Shown here in pieces: positions 19,556 through 31,122 of a stretch of 64,000 bases of DNA. The position numbers were made by a program, and so were the translations under genes. Numbering within the stretch: the first letter of the stretch is position 1; each line of letters opens with the position of its first letter. Source of the stretch: Bacteroidota bacterium. Its GTDB lineage: Bacteria > Bacteroidota > Bacteroidia > Flavobacteriales > Flavobacteriaceae. The DNA lies in contig JAUMYH010000001.1 in the NCBI GenBank assembly GCA_030528745.1, positions 32,622 through 96,621 on the forward strand, written 5' to 3'. The notes beneath the pieces were generated by a model that worked only from the letters and a program-made list of their open reading frames with translations, did not search any database and was not told the origin of the DNA.

Positions 19556-20290
19556 ATGAAAAAAACAGCCATGATAACTGGAGCTTCTAGAGGTATAGGC
19601 AGAGCCGTAGCAATACAGTTAGCTAAAGATACAGATTATCACTTACTTATAAATTATAATTCGAATAAAGACGCTGCTATAGAAACACTTACAGCGGTTA
19701 CAAAATACGGAAATACGGCCGAAATTATTCAGTTTGATGTTGCAGACCATAAGCAAACCAAAGAAGTTTTAGACAAATGGCAATCTGACAATACAGATTG
19801 CCTGGTTGAGGTGGTTGTAAATAATGCAGGTATTACTCGTGATGGGTTATTTATGTGGATGGAATATCAGGATTGGAACAAGGTAATACAGACTACGTTG
19901 GATGGATTTTACAATGTAACAAATTTTTTTATACAAAAAATGCTTCGCAACAGATATGGACGTATCATTAATATAGCATCGGTATCGGGAGTGAAGGGAA
20001 CTGCAGGGCAGACAAATTATTCAGCAGCAAAAGGAGCGTTGATAGGGGTTACCAAGGCTTTGGCACAAGAGGTTGCCAAACGCAATATTACCGTCAATGC
20101 TGTGGCACCAGGATTTATCGAAACGGATATGACCTCAAGTTTGGATCAAGCAGAATTGGTCAAATTAATCCCAGTAGGCAGATTTGGTAAAGCTCAAGAA
20201 GTAGCAGATTTGGTAAGTTTTTTGGTGTCTGACAAAGCCAGTTATATAACAGGCGAAACAATAAATATCAACGGAGGTATTTATTCGTAA
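19556..20290 (+). CDS. fabG: 3-oxoacyl-[ACP] reductase (SDR family)
   Basis: TGASRGIGRAVA Rossmann motif, NNAGITRD, and the S...YSAAK catalytic triad region. The track ORF begins at a TTG at 19538. Confidence 0.85.
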   Translation: MKKTAMITGASRGIGRAVAIQLAKDTDYHLLINYNSNKDAAIETLTAVTKYGNTAEIIQFDVADHKQTKEVLDKWQSDNTDCLVEVVVNNAGITRDGLFMWMEYQDWNKVIQTTLDGFYNVTNFFIQKMLRNRYGRIINIASVSGVKGTAGQTNYSAAKGALIGVTKALAQEVAKRNITVNAVAPGFIETDMTSSLDQAELVKLIPVGRFGKAQEVADLVSFLVSDKASYITGETININGGIYS

Positions 20291-20488
20291 TTATTTCATT
20301 TAAAATCAAATGGTATATACAAACGTTTTGGTTTTCAAAATAGAGACACGAATTGTTTTGTACTGATTTAGAATCGGTTTTTTGATTGTGTTTTTGTATT
20401 TTTAAACAACAAGATAATAGTTTTTTGAAATACATTATCAAAATCGTGATACGGAATTTTAAAGTTGAATTTAAGTAAAAATATTTGA

Positions 20489-20740
20489 ATGTTAAAGGGG
20501 CATATTTTCGGTAAGTTATTTCGTAAGTTGTTGATTTTCCCATTTGTAATTGTTATTCGTTTTTATCAAATTTGCATATCTCCATTTACTCCAGCAACAT
20601 GCAGATATTCACCCACATGCTCACATTATACCCTAGAGGCACTCCAAAAACACGGATTATTTAAGGGGAGTTGGTTGGCAATCAAACGCATATTGAGTTG
20701 TAACCCTTGGGGAGGAAGTGGGTACGACCCTGTTCCATAG
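20489..20740 (+). CDS. yidD: Membrane protein insertion efficiency factor YidD
   Basis: [33 protein letters not shown] is the YidD signature; 83 aa. Confidence 0.85.
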   Translation: MLKGHIFGKLFRKLLIFPFVIVIRFYQICISPFTPATCRYSPTCSHYTLEALQKHGLFKGSWLAIKRILSCNPWGGSGYDPVP

Positions 20741-20852
20741 CTTATCGTATTTGGTAGATATTTGAGGTATGAAGTGCAATTTTTGAGTGGGGTTTGATTT
20801 TTTATTTAAAAATAATTGTAGTAAATTGCAACCCAATAAAAACAAATGAGAA

Positions 20853-23800
20853 ATGGAACAACAAATACCCTATATTCCTAAAAATAAAGTAAGAATTGTT
20901 ACAGCAGCCTCGTTATTTGATGGGCATGATGCGTCAATAAATATCATGCGAAGAGTAATACAGGCTACTGGTTGTGAGGTTATTCATTTAGGACACGATC
21001 GTAGTGTAGAGGAGGTCGTTAATACAGCCATTCAAGAAGATGCTAACGCTATTGCTATGACCTCGTATCAAGGAGGACACAATGAATATTTTAAGTATAT
21101 GTATGATTTGTTGAAGGAAAAAGGGGCAGGACATATTAAAATATTCGGAGGTGGAGGAGGAGTAATTTTGTTAGACGAGATAAAAGAGCTGATGGATTAC
21201 GGAATCACCAGAATATATTCGCCCGATGACGGTAGGGCTTTAGGATTGCAAGGAATGATAAATGATTTGATTCAGAAGGCAGATTTTCCTGTTGGTGATC
21301 AGGTTATTGGTGAATTTGAAGGCTTAAAGGACAAAAATCCAAAAGCTATAGCTCGTTTGATTTCTTCTGCAGAAAATTTTCCAGAATTGTCGAAAGATAT
21401 TTTTGAAAAAATTCATCAACACAATCAGTCATCTAATATTCCTGTATTGGGTATAACAGGTACAGGAGGGGCAGGTAAATCATCGTTGGTAGATGAGTTG
21501 GTACGGCGTTATTTGATTGATTTTCCTGATAAAACGGTAGGAATCATTTCGGTAGACCCTTCAAAACGTAAAACAGGGGGAGCTTTATTGGGTGATCGTA
21601 TTCGTATGAATGCGATTAACAATCCTCGTGTATATATGCGTTCGTTAGCTACAAGACAATCCAATTTGGCTCTTTCCAAATATGTGTACGAAGCCATTGA
21701 GGTACTTAAGGCGGCTCGATACGATTTAATTATTTTGGAAACTTCAGGTATTGGACAGTCCGATACCGAAATCCTTGATCATTCAGATGTGGCATTGTAC
21801 GTGATGACTCCAGAATTTGGAGCAGCAACCCAATTGGAAAAGATTGATATGCTTGATTTTGCCGATTTGGTAGCCATTAATAAATTTGATAAGCGTGGTG
21901 CGTTAGATGCACTTCGAGACGTGAAAAAGCAATATCAACGCAATCATAACCTATGGCACGAAGACCCTGATACCATGCCTGTTTTTGGTACGATAGCTTC
22001 TCAATTTAACGACCCAGGTATGAATGCTTTGTATAAAGCCATAATGGACAAGGTGGTAGAGAAGACCAATGCTCCACTAGTTAGTAATTTTACAATTACT
22101 AGAGAGATGAGCGAAAAGATTTATGTGATTCCGCCAAGCAGAACCAGATATTTGTCTGAAATTGCTGAAAATAATAGAGCTTATGATCAAAGGGTACACA
22201 CACAGGTAGAGGCTGCTCAAAAGTTGTATGGAATTTATAAAACTTTAGAATCCGTACTGGATACCAAGGTGGAACTTACAAAAAATGGACTGGATACAGA
22301 AAAAATATCAGCCAAAATAGACGATCAGTTTGTGGATTTGTTGCTCAAAGAATTTGACCGAGTAAAAATGAATTTAGACCCATATAATTGGGAAATTATT
22401 TTTAATTGGAGAGAAAAAGTAGATAAATATAAAAATCCTGTTTATAGTTTTAAGGTAAGAGATAAGGAAATCAAAATACAAACCCATACTGAATCGCTTT
22501 CGCATTCGCAAATTCCAAAAATTGCCTTGCCTAAATATCAGGCGTGGGGCGATTTGCTTAGATGGTCGTTGCAAGAAAACGTGCCAGGAGAATTTCCTTT
22601 TACCTCTGGGCTGTATCCTTTTAAGCGCGAAGGAGAAGACCCAACCAGAATGTTTGCAGGAGAGGGAGGTCCAGAACGTACAAACAGACGTTTTCATTAC
22701 GTGAGTTTGGGAATGCCAGCCAAGAGGCTTTCTACAGCTTTTGATTCGGTAACCCTTTACGGAAATGACCCAGATTACAGACCCGATATTTATGGAAAGA
22801 TAGGGAATGCAGGAGTGAGTATTTGTTGTCTTGATGATGCTAAAAAATTATACTCAGGATTCGACCTTTCACACCCAGCCACTTCGGTTTCGATGACCAT
22901 TAACGGACCTGCTCCAATGCTTTTAGGCTTTTTTATGAATGCGGCAATAGACCAAAATTGTGAAAAATATATCAAAGAAAATGGTCTTGAGGAGGAAGTT
23001 AATGCTAAAATAGAAGAAATTTATAGAGCTAAAGGAGTTGAAAGACCGCGTTATAATGGCGAACTCCCTGAAGGAAATGATGGACTAGGGCTGATGTTGT
23101 TGGGCGTAACAGGCGATCAGGTACTTCCTAAAGATGTATATGATGATATTAAAGCCAAAACTCTAGCTCAGGTCAGAGGTACAGTACAGGCAGATATTCT
23201 CAAGGAAGATCAAGCACAGAACACTTGCATCTTCTCTACAGAGTTTGCCTTAAGGCTTATGGGAGATGTGCAACAATATTTTATCGAAAAGAATGTCCGT
23301 AATTTTTATTCGGTATCTATATCAGGTTATCACATTGCTGAAGCTGGGGCAAATCCAATTACGCAATTGGCATTTACCTTGGCGAACGGATTTACCTATG
23401 TAGAATATTACTTGAGTAGAGGTATGAATATTAATGATTTTGGGCCTAACTTGTCGTTTTTCTTTTCTAATGGTATTGACCCAGAATATGCTGTAATTGG
23501 TAGAGTGGCAAGAAAAATATGGTCTAAAGCATTGAAATATAAATATGGTGCTAATGAACGAGCTCAGATGCTAAAATATCATATACAAACCTCTGGAAGG
23601 TCGCTTCATGCCCAAGAAATTGACTTTAATGATATTCGTACTACGCTTCAGGCTTTGTATGCTATTTACGATAATTGTAACTCGCTTCATACCAATGCCT
23701 ATGATGAGGCTATTACAACGCCTACCGAAGAATCGGTGCGTAGAGCAATGGCTATTCAGTTGATTATCAATAGAGAATTAGGTTTGGCGAAAAATGAAAA

Positions 23801-24275
23801 TCCGATTCAAGGTTCGTTCATAATCGAAGAGCTTACAGATTTGGTAGAAGAGGCAGTATTATTAGAATTCGATCGTATTACAGAACGAGGAGGCGTATTA
23901 GGGGCTATGGAAACAATGTACCAACGTAGCAAAATACAAGAGGAGAGTCTGTATTACGAAACGCTAAAACATTCGGGCGAATATCCAATAATTGGAGTGA
24001 ACACCTTTTTGAGTAGCAAAGGTTCGCCTACTGTAGAACCAGCGGAGGTGATTCGTGCTACTGAAGAGGAAAAATTATTCCAAATCCATACGAAAGAAAA
24101 TCTCAATAAGGCTAATTTCGATAGGGTAAAAGAAGAGTTGGATAAAGTTCAGGAGGCAGCTGTACAAAATAAAAATATTTTTGAACAACTCATCGAGGCT
24201 ACTAAGGTATGTTCGTTAGGACAGATTACTGCGGCTCTTTTTGAAGTAGGAGGTCAGTATAGACGCAATATGTAA
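20853..24275 (+). CDS. icmF: Fused isobutyryl-CoA mutase-like protein IcmF (B12-binding domain + MeaB-like G-protein + mutase catalytic domain)
   Basis: 1140 aa. N-terminal B12-binding [12 protein letters not shown]...GHDRS, central P-loop [17 protein letters not shown] (MeaB-like), and a C-terminal methylmalonyl-CoA-mutase-like TIM-barrel. Confidence 0.85.
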   Translation: MEQQIPYIPKNKVRIVTAASLFDGHDASINIMRRVIQATGCEVIHLGHDRSVEEVVNTAIQEDANAIAMTSYQGGHNEYFKYMYDLLKEKGAGHIKIFGGGGGVILLDEIKELMDYGITRIYSPDDGRALGLQGMINDLIQKADFPVGDQVIGEFEGLKDKNPKAIARLISSAENFPELSKDIFEKIHQHNQSSNIPVLGITGTGGAGKSSLVDELVRRYLIDFPDKTVGIISVDPSKRKTGGALLGDRIRMNAINNPRVYMRSLATRQSNLALSKYVYEAIEVLKAARYDLIILETSGIGQSDTEILDHSDVALYVMTPEFGAATQLEKIDMLDFADLVAINKFDKRGALDALRDVKKQYQRNHNLWHEDPDTMPVFGTIASQFNDPGMNALYKAIMDKVVEKTNAPLVSNFTITREMSEKIYVIPPSRTRYLSEIAENNRAYDQRVHTQVEAAQKLYGIYKTLESVLDTKVELTKNGLDTEKISAKIDDQFVDLLLKEFDRVKMNLDPYNWEIIFNWREKVDKYKNPVYSFKVRDKEIKIQTHTESLSHSQIPKIALPKYQAWGDLLRWSLQENVPGEFPFTSGLYPFKREGEDPTRMFAGEGGPERTNRRFHYVSLGMPAKRLSTAFDSVTLYGNDPDYRPDIYGKIGNAGVSICCLDDAKKLYSGFDLSHPATSVSMTINGPAPMLLGFFMNAAIDQNCEKYIKENGLEEEVNAKIEEIYRAKGVERPRYNGELPEGNDGLGLMLLGVTGDQVLPKDVYDDIKAKTLAQVRGTVQADILKEDQAQNTCIFSTEFALRLMGDVQQYFIEKNVRNFYSVSISGYHIAEAGANPITQLAFTLANGFTYVEYYLSRGMNINDFGPNLSFFFSNGIDPEYAVIGRVARKIWSKALKYKYGANERAQMLKYHIQTSGRSLHAQEIDFNDIRTTLQALYAIYDNCNSLHTNAYDEAITTPTEESVRRAMAIQLIINRELGLAKNENPIQGSFIIEELTDLVEEAVLLEFDRITERGGVLGAMETMYQRSKIQEESLYYETLKHSGEYPIIGVNTFLSSKGSPTVEPAEVIRATEEEKLFQIHTKENLNKANFDRVKEELDKVQEAAVQNKNIFEQLIEATKVCSLGQITAALFEVGGQYRRNM

Positions 24276-24291
24276 ACAAATCATTTTTCTG

Positions 24292-24340
24292 AAAATATCT
24301 TCTGTATTAACTGGTTGGTTGTACAGAAGATATTTTTCAT
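24292..24340 (+). terminator. Hairpin terminator after icmF
   Basis: A 15-bp perfect inverted repeat aaaatatcttctgta/tacagaagatatttt with a 15-nt loop, followed by a T-run. Confidence 0.45.
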
Positions 24341-24355
24341 ATAATAAGTATAACT

Positions 24356-25480
24356 ATGCTTTTATCGGTTGTAATTCTTAATTATAATGTATGCCATTTT
24401 TTGGAGCAGTGTCTTTATAGCGTACAGGAGGCTCTCAAGAATATTGATTCTGAAATTATCGTAATTGATAACGCTTCGGTAGATAAGAGTGCCGAAATGG
24501 TCAAGAGGTGTTTTCCAGAGGTACATTATATTCAAAACTTTCAAAATTTAGGTTTTCCAAAAGCAAATAATATAGCGGTAAATAGGGCAAAAGGTGCGTA
24601 TATATGTATCCTAAATCCAGATACTGTAGTGGCTGAAGATACTTTTGAACAATTACTTTTGTTTGCACAAGACAAAAAAGATTTGGGAATTGTTGGTTGT
24701 CGATTGATAGATGGCAGGGGGAATTTTTTACCAGAAAGCAAAAGAAATATACCTACACGTAAAGTAGCCTTTATGAAAATGTTAGGCTTTTCAGATAAGT
24801 ATTACAACAATAATATAAAAGAAGATCAGGTCGGACTTAACGATATTTTTGTAGGGGCTTTTATGTTTTTGAAAAAACAAACCTATATAGATTTAAAAGG
24901 GTTTGATGAGGATTTTTTTATGTATGGAGAAGATATTGATTTGTCCTATCGTGCGGTAAAAAAAGGATTGAAAAATTATTATTATGGCAATACAACCATT
25001 ATTCATTATAAGGGCGAAAGCACTGTTAAAGACAAGGTATATCTAAATCGCTTTTATGGTGCAATGAATATTTTTTATAAAAAACATTTCAAATCCAATC
25101 TGATTTATGATATTGGGGTCAAAAGTGCTGTCAAATTATTTTCATTAATATCTGGCTTTAGAAATAAAATAACCACTAATCCTTCAACTGAGTTTTATTT
25201 GCTAACTCAAAACATCGAATTGCAAACCAAAGTAGCTTCTCAATTGGGTAAAAAGGTAATTTTGATTGGGAATTTAGATGAGTTTACAGAACAAAATAAT
25301 GGCGTGGGTAGGATACAGCTCATAATTGATCAAGAATTTGTGAGTTTTAAAAACATCATATCTTTTATGTTAAAAAATCGAGATAAAAACATTACTTATA
25401 GGATAAAACCAGCAAAGGCTTCGTTTTTGATAGGAAGTGATTGTAGTAAAGATAGAGGAGAAATAATATTTTTAGAATAG
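24356..25480 (+). CDS. Family 2 glycosyltransferase
   Basis: N-terminal LSVVILNYNVCHFLEQCL...IVIDNASVDKS GT-A fold start; DxD-containing; 374 aa. Confidence 0.75.
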   Translation: MLLSVVILNYNVCHFLEQCLYSVQEALKNIDSEIIVIDNASVDKSAEMVKRCFPEVHYIQNFQNLGFPKANNIAVNRAKGAYICILNPDTVVAEDTFEQLLLFAQDKKDLGIVGCRLIDGRGNFLPESKRNIPTRKVAFMKMLGFSDKYYNNNIKEDQVGLNDIFVGAFMFLKKQTYIDLKGFDEDFFMYGEDIDLSYRAVKKGLKNYYYGNTTIIHYKGESTVKDKVYLNRFYGAMNIFYKKHFKSNLIYDIGVKSAVKLFSLISGFRNKITTNPSTEFYLLTQNIELQTKVASQLGKKVILIGNLDEFTEQNNGVGRIQLIIDQEFVSFKNIISFMLKNRDKNITYRIKPAKASFLIGSDCSKDRGEIIFLE

Positions 25481-25558
25481 ATTTTTGGATTTAATCTATG
25501 TAAATTCGAAATAAAATCGTAATTTCGCAACGATTTATAAATATATAGAACGGATAAT

Positions 25559-26872
25559 ATGGCACGATTTGAGTTAAAACTTCCGAAAATGGGAGAGAGT
25601 GTAGCTGAAGCAACAATCACGAATTGGCTTAAACAAATAGGTGATAAAATAGAAGTTGATGAAACAGTATTAGAAATAGCTACTGACAAAGTGGATAGCG
25701 AAGTACCGTCAGAAGTAGCTGGGGTGTTGGTAGAAAGGCTTTTTGAAAAAGATGATTTGGTACAAGTAGGGCAGACAATTGCTATCATAGAAACTGAAGG
25801 GGGGGCAGATGTAGATACAGCAACCGAGGTGAAACAAACACAATCTACAACACAGACAGTTTCTGAACCGAAAGCTAATGTTGTATCGACTGAAAACACT
25901 CAGGATTCGGACAGATTTTTGTCGCCATTAGTAAAAAATATCGCCAAAGAAGAGGGGGTTTCTAAAGAAGAATTAGACAGTATAAAAGGTACAGGAAAAG
26001 AGGGAAGAATCACCAAAGCAGACATCTTGGATTATGTACAAAATAGAAATGTACAACCAAAAAATAATGTGTCAAAACCAGTAGAACCTGTGGTTTCGTC
26101 TAAGCCTGTGGCAGCGGCTACAGTACCTTCGACTCCAAAAGCTACTCCAGTGTCGGTTAATGGTCAAGATGAGATTGTGGAAATGGACAGAATGCGTAAA
26201 ATTATTTCGCATCACATGGTACACTCTGTACAAACTTCGGCTCATGTACAATCGTTTGTAGAGGTTGATGTTACCAATATCGTAAAATGGAGAGATAAAG
26301 TAAAAAATACATTTGAAAAAAGAGAGGGTGAAAAATTGACATTTACCCCAATATTTATGGAAGCAGTGGCTAAGGCTCTTAAAGACTTCCCGATGATGAA
26401 TATTTCTGTTGATGGTGATTATATAATTAAACGTAAAAACATCAATTTAGGAATGGCTGCAGCCTTGCCTAACGGAAACTTGATAGTTCCAGTTATAAAA
26501 AATGCAGACCAACTTAATTTGGTAGGTATGGCTAAGGCTGTAAATGACTTGGCGTTTAGAGCAAAATCGGGCAAACTCAAACCAGATGATACCCAAGGAG
26601 GTACTTATACGGTTACTAACGTAGGTACTTTTGGCTCGGTGTTTGGTACTCCAATTATCAACCAACCTCAAGTAGGAATTTTGGCTTTGGGTGCTATTCG
26701 TAAAGTACCAGCTGTGATTGAAACTCCAGAAGGAGATTTTATCGGAATCAGACAAAAGATGTTTTTATCGCACAGTTATGACCATCGTGTAGTAGACGGA
26801 GCTTTGGGAGGTCAGTTTGTAAAGCGTGTAGCTGATTATCTAGAAAGTTGGGATATCAATCGTACGATATAA
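25559..26872 (+). CDS. 2-oxoacid dehydrogenase E2 component (dihydrolipoamide acyltransferase)
   Basis: Lipoyl domain with IETDKV lipoyl-lysine, a PST-rich linker, an E3-binding domain, and catalytic SHSYDHRVVDGA (the DHRxxDG motif). Confidence 0.85.
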   Translation: MARFELKLPKMGESVAEATITNWLKQIGDKIEVDETVLEIATDKVDSEVPSEVAGVLVERLFEKDDLVQVGQTIAIIETEGGADVDTATEVKQTQSTTQTVSEPKANVVSTENTQDSDRFLSPLVKNIAKEEGVSKEELDSIKGTGKEGRITKADILDYVQNRNVQPKNNVSKPVEPVVSSKPVAAATVPSTPKATPVSVNGQDEIVEMDRMRKIISHHMVHSVQTSAHVQSFVEVDVTNIVKWRDKVKNTFEKREGEKLTFTPIFMEAVAKALKDFPMMNISVDGDYIIKRKNINLGMAAALPNGNLIVPVIKNADQLNLVGMAKAVNDLAFRAKSGKLKPDDTQGGTYTVTNVGTFGSVFGTPIINQPQVGILALGAIRKVPAVIETPEGDFIGIRQKMFLSHSYDHRVVDGALGGQFVKRVADYLESWDINRTI

Positions 26873-26884
26873 ATTTGAAGAAAA

Positions 26885-26915
26885 AGTTCCTTTTGAAGGG
26901 ACTTTTTCTTTTTTA
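26885..26915 (+). terminator. Intrinsic terminator after the E2 gene
   Basis: agttcctt-ttg-aagggact hairpin followed by tttttctttttt. Confidence 0.5.
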
Positions 26916-27099
26916 TCCAGTTTGCTCTTTTAACAGACAGAGTATAAGTAAATACTTTTATTTCAAAGGTTGAAATTACACTTAAAAGTTGAATCTAAGG
27001 CATCTAAAAAATAGCCTAATTTTTGTCTATTATACCATTAATTACTTAACTTTGCCTCTGCAAAATGAGCTAAAATACATATTAAAAACAATTCGTAAA

Positions 27100-28452
27100 A
27101 TGTCATTCAAAGTAAGTCCTGAACTTTTATTACAGATACAAAATTATGTATCGGACAAAAACAACAAAGAACTAGGAATTTTACTCAAAGATATGCACCA
27201 CGCCGATATCGCTGAGATTTTAGACGAACTAGACTTTGATGAGGCATCTTATGTTTTTAATATACTGGATACAGAAACTTCTTCTGAGATACTTCTTGAC
27301 ATTGACGAAGACCTCAGAGAAGCCATTTTAGCCACATTATCACCCAAAGAAATTGCTGAAGAATTAGATGAAATGGACACCGATGATGCTGCGGACATCA
27401 TTGCGGAGCTTTCAGAAGAAATCAAAGGTGAGGTAATTTCCGAACTTGAAGACGTAGAACACGCCAAAGATATTGTTGAGCTTTTGCGATATGACGAGGA
27501 TACCGCAGGGGGGCTTATGGGGAAAGAGTTGGTAAAAGTCAATGAAAATTGGAATGTACTGACTTGCGTGATTGAGATGCGTAAACAAGCCGAACACGTA
27601 ACTCGCGTACACTCTATTTATGTGGTTGATGACCAAAACAGACTCAAAGGACGACTCTCCTTAAAAGATTTATTAACCAGCTCTACAAAAGCCCATATTA
27701 ACGAAATTTATATCCCAAAGGTAGATTTCGTTAAGGTTGATACCAAGGATACAGAGGTAGCTCGTATCATGCAAAAATACGATTTGGAGGCAATTCCTGT
27801 GGTAGATGAGTTAGGTCGTTTGGTAGGACGTATTACCATTGATGACATCGTAGACGTTATTAAGGAAGAAGCGGACAAAGATTACCAATTGGCTGCGGGT
27901 ATCTCTACTGATGTTGAGGCTGATGATAGTATATTGGATCTTACCAAGGCTCGACTTCCGTGGCTTATCTTGGCACTACTCGGAGGATTTGTTACGGTGC
28001 GGGTTATGGGCGTTTTTGATGATGCTTTGGCATCGCACGGCGAATTATTCTTCTTTACGCCTTTAATTGCTGCTATGGCCGGAAATGTAGGAGTGCAATC
28101 CTCTGCCATCATCGTGCAAGGACTTGCTAACAACACCATTAGCGGATCTATCTTCAAACGTTTAGGTAAAGAAGTTGCCTTGAGTTTATTTAATGGGTTT
28201 ATACTCGGAATCATACTTTTGTTAGGAAGTCATTTTTTACTCGGAGTGGATTATATTTTAGGAATTACAGTAACCGTGGCTCTAATGTCCGTAATTATGA
28301 TAGCATCACTATTGGGTACTTTTATTCCTATTACCTTAAACAAATACAATATCGACCCAGCCCTTGCAACAGGCCCTTTTATTACAACCAGCAACGATAT
28401 TTGTGGTATCTTAATCTATTTTTCTATAGCCAAACTGATTTTAGGGTTTTAA
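27100..28452 (+). CDS. mgtE: Magnesium transporter MgtE
   Basis: MgtE N-domain, tandem CBS domains, and a C-terminal 5-TM domain with GNVGVQSSAI and PFITTSNDICG motifs. The start is taken at MSFKVSPELL. Confidence 0.85.
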   Translation: MSFKVSPELLLQIQNYVSDKNNKELGILLKDMHHADIAEILDELDFDEASYVFNILDTETSSEILLDIDEDLREAILATLSPKEIAEELDEMDTDDAADIIAELSEEIKGEVISELEDVEHAKDIVELLRYDEDTAGGLMGKELVKVNENWNVLTCVIEMRKQAEHVTRVHSIYVVDDQNRLKGRLSLKDLLTSSTKAHINEIYIPKVDFVKVDTKDTEVARIMQKYDLEAIPVVDELGRLVGRITIDDIVDVIKEEADKDYQLAAGISTDVEADDSILDLTKARLPWLILALLGGFVTVRVMGVFDDALASHGELFFFTPLIAAMAGNVGVQSSAIIVQGLANNTISGSIFKRLGKEVALSLFNGFILGIILLLGSHFLLGVDYILGITVTVALMSVIMIASLLGTFIPITLNKYNIDPALATGPFITTSNDICGILIYFSIAKLILGF

Positions 28453-29741
28453 GCCTTATTAAGTGATTTCAACATAGCTTCGGCTTTAATCAAACACTCC
28501 GAATACTCTTTTTCGGCATCTGATTTGGAAGTTATTGCACTGCCCACTGAATAAGAAACGGTCTGATTATCAGAATTGTATAACACACTCCTAATCACTA
28601 CATTAAAATCAAAATTTTCATTAGGGTCAAAATAGCCAATTGCTCCACTATACAATCCTCTTTTGCTTTCCTCTATTTTTTCTATTATTTTCATTGCCGA
28701 AATTTTTGGAGCTCCTGTCATACTGCCCATCGGAAAAGAGTCCTTAAGCACCTCAATTGGCGAGATTCCTTCTTTTAGCCTTGAAGTAATGGTTGATATT
28801 AACTGATGTACTTGTTTGTACGAGTATACCTGACATAATTCCTCTACACAAACGCTTGAAGGGGCAGCTGTGGCAGACAAATCATTGCGAACCAAATCTA
28901 CTATCATAATATTTTCAGAACGTTCTTTTGGGTCGGACAACAACTGGGCTTTGCTCTGTGAATCTAATTCAGGGTTTTGAAATCTTTTAGAAGTGCCTTT
29001 AATGGGCTGTGAAATAATCTTTTTACCGTCTTTTTTTAAATATCTTTCTGGAGAACCACACATTGCGTAATGGTTTTGATTTCTAAAAAACGCCGAAAAC
29101 GGCGATTGCGTAAGCTCGTTTAACGAATCGAAAATATGTAACGGATTTATTTGAACATTTTCTGAAAAAAAATCCATACAAAAATTCACTTCATAAATTT
29201 CTCCTTGAGCCAAGTATTTTTTGATTTGTTCAAACTTTTCAAAGTAAGCCTTTTTGTTAATACGCGGACTAAGCTCAATTGATGTTTGAGGAATACCGCT
29301 CGGAATGACTACTTGTTTGATTTCATTAATGTCTGTATCCATTTCATCTGAAACCAAATTCAGATATGTTGCTGTAACCCTATTTCCTTTTATAAAAAAT
29401 ATTTTTTTGGGTTGAAAAAAGAATATTTCTTCAAATTGCAATAAATCTGGATTATTTGACGACAATTGTTCTAAATCATTTTTCAAATCATAGGTAAGAT
29501 AACCAAAAATCCAATCCTTTGTCGTATGGTAATAACTGTGCAATTTATCAAAAGCACCATAATAATCTGACTGAATAGAGGTAAAAGAATCTACCGCCAA
29601 AATAGCGTCAAAAGAACTATACTTTTGCGAAATATTGTTGCTGTCCAGATAAGCTATTTGCGAAAAATTTTCAGACCAAAACAATAATTGTTTTTTAAAT
29701 TTTTCAATATCAGCTACCTCAAATTCAATTTGTGTTCTCAT
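28449..29741 (-). CDS. pabB: Aminodeoxychorismate synthase component I / chorismate-binding enzyme
   Basis: Chorismate-binding C-terminal domain (CGSPERYLKKDG...MGSMTGAPKISAM...GGAIGY); 430 aa. Confidence 0.8.
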   Translation of the reverse strand: MRTQIEFEVADIEKFKKQLLFWSENFSQIAYLDSNNISQKYSSFDAILAVDSFTSIQSDYYGAFDKLHSYYHTTKDWIFGYLTYDLKNDLEQLSSNNPDLLQFEEIFFFQPKKIFFIKGNRVTATYLNLVSDEMDTDINEIKQVVIPSGIPQTSIELSPRINKKAYFEKFEQIKKYLAQGEIYEVNFCMDFFSENVQINPLHIFDSLNELTQSPFSAFFRNQNHYAMCGSPERYLKKDGKKIISQPIKGTSKRFQNPELDSQSKAQLLSDPKERSENIMIVDLVRNDLSATAAPSSVCVEELCQVYSYKQVHQLISTITSRLKEGISPIEVLKDSFPMGSMTGAPKISAMKIIEKIEESKRGLYSGAIGYFDPNENFDFNVVIRSVLYNSDNQTVSYSVGSAITSKSDAEKEYSECLIKAEAMLKSLNKA

Positions 29742-29745
29742 TAGT

Positions 29746-30843
29746 TTAATATCTAATTCTTGGGTCCAAAAGGTTATAAATCAAATCAATAAAAATATTG
29801 ATTAGTACAAAAAATACAGAAATAACAAGCACCGCACCCATTACCACTGGCAAATCTTGGTAATTCAACGCATCGACTATCTCCTTGCCAATACCATTCC
29901 AACCAAAAATAAATTCTACAAATACCGAACCCGCAAGCATAGAGGCAAACCACCCCGAAATAGAGGTAACTACAGGATTGAGCGAGTTCTTAATAGCGTG
30001 TTTTCTAATCACTTCATACCTCGAAAGTCCTTTGGCTATGGCTGTTTTGATATATTCTTGATTGAGTGTCTCTAATAGGGAATTTCGCATAAGTTGTACT
30101 GTTACTGCCAAAGGTCGAATCCCCAAAACTACGGCTGGTAAAAGTAGGTTTTTCCATTCTATATACACCTTTTCACCAAAATTATCCACCTCATAAAGCC
30201 CTCCACTCATATTTAATCCCGTATATTTATGCCATAAATAGCCAAAAATCCACGCAAATATTATAGACGAAAAAAAACTTGGCACACTCATACCCAAAGT
30301 ACTGACCACGGCTATAATCCTATCTAGCCAACTATCTTTAAACAAAGCCGAAATTACGCCCAAAAATATGCCTAAAAATATCGAAATCATTATGGAAGCT
30401 GAGGCTAGAAGAATCGTGTTGGGCAAGGCTTCAGCAATTATTTGAGTTACTTTTTTTCCAGATTTATTAAAACTTTCACGCAAATAAGGATATTTTAACG
30501 CCAAACTATAATTGCCCATATCTATCAGAAGCCTACCTCTGTACTTGTCTCTATCAAAATAAGAATAATCTTCAAGGGTGTTGCTATGAACCGAAATTAC
30601 AGACAAATCATTGATATACAACAGATATTGTTGATAAATAGGCTTGTCAAAACCATACTTTTTACGGATAATGCTAATCTGTTGAGAGTCTTCATGTTGG
30701 TCAAGCATCATTCTGGCTGGATCTCCAGGCAATACGTTAAACAACAAAAACACAACAGTAACTACACCAAATAGCACCAAAATCATATTTATAATCTTCT
30801 GACGGAAATATCTAAGCATAGCCTTCACTGAAATTGAATACAA
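29746..30843 (-). CDS. ABC transporter permease (Dpp/Opp-type binding-protein-dependent family)
   Basis: 365 aa with 6 TM segments and an EAA-like loop (IAKGLSRYEVIRKHAIKNSLNP). Confidence 0.7.
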   Translation of the reverse strand: MYSISVKAMLRYFRQKIINMILVLFGVVTVVFLLFNVLPGDPARMMLDQHEDSQQISIIRKKYGFDKPIYQQYLLYINDLSVISVHSNTLEDYSYFDRDKYRGRLLIDMGNYSLALKYPYLRESFNKSGKKVTQIIAEALPNTILLASASIMISIFLGIFLGVISALFKDSWLDRIIAVVSTLGMSVPSFFSSIIFAWIFGYLWHKYTGLNMSGGLYEVDNFGEKVYIEWKNLLLPAVVLGIRPLAVTVQLMRNSLLETLNQEYIKTAIAKGLSRYEVIRKHAIKNSLNPVVTSISGWFASMLAGSVFVEFIFGWNGIGKEIVDALNYQDLPVVMGAVLVISVFFVLINIFIDLIYNLLDPRIRY

Positions 30844-31122
30844 AAATAAACAAAAGATTTTTACATATTGATTTTTAAAGAAATTATTAATTTTGTAATG
30901 GCATATTTGGGAAAATAAAATACCAATTCAAAAAGCACTTAACCCCAGAAATACGATATTACAAACATTCAAACAGAATAATTTAAAACCATCAAAAATA
31001 CATATCACACTGAAAAATAAAGAGTTGTTTTTTAAATTGATTATAAATTATTTTTAAGTATTGATTTTCATCAGATATATCTTAATTTTGCTTATCATTT
31101 CTTAAAAAAATAGTATAAAGTT

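Noticed and set aside
20741-20852. Cobalamin riboswitch upstream of the B12-dependent icmF
   Set aside because: The interval is 112 bp, which is too short for a B12 element. The B12 box (GCCACTG-like) is absent. Only an 8-bp inverted repeat, tgcaattt/aaattgca, is present.
26873-27099. M-box (Mg2+) riboswitch in the mgtE leader
   Set aside because: No conserved M-box helices were recognisable. That element is essentially confined to Firmicutes. The region has only a terminator and AT-rich promoter sequence.
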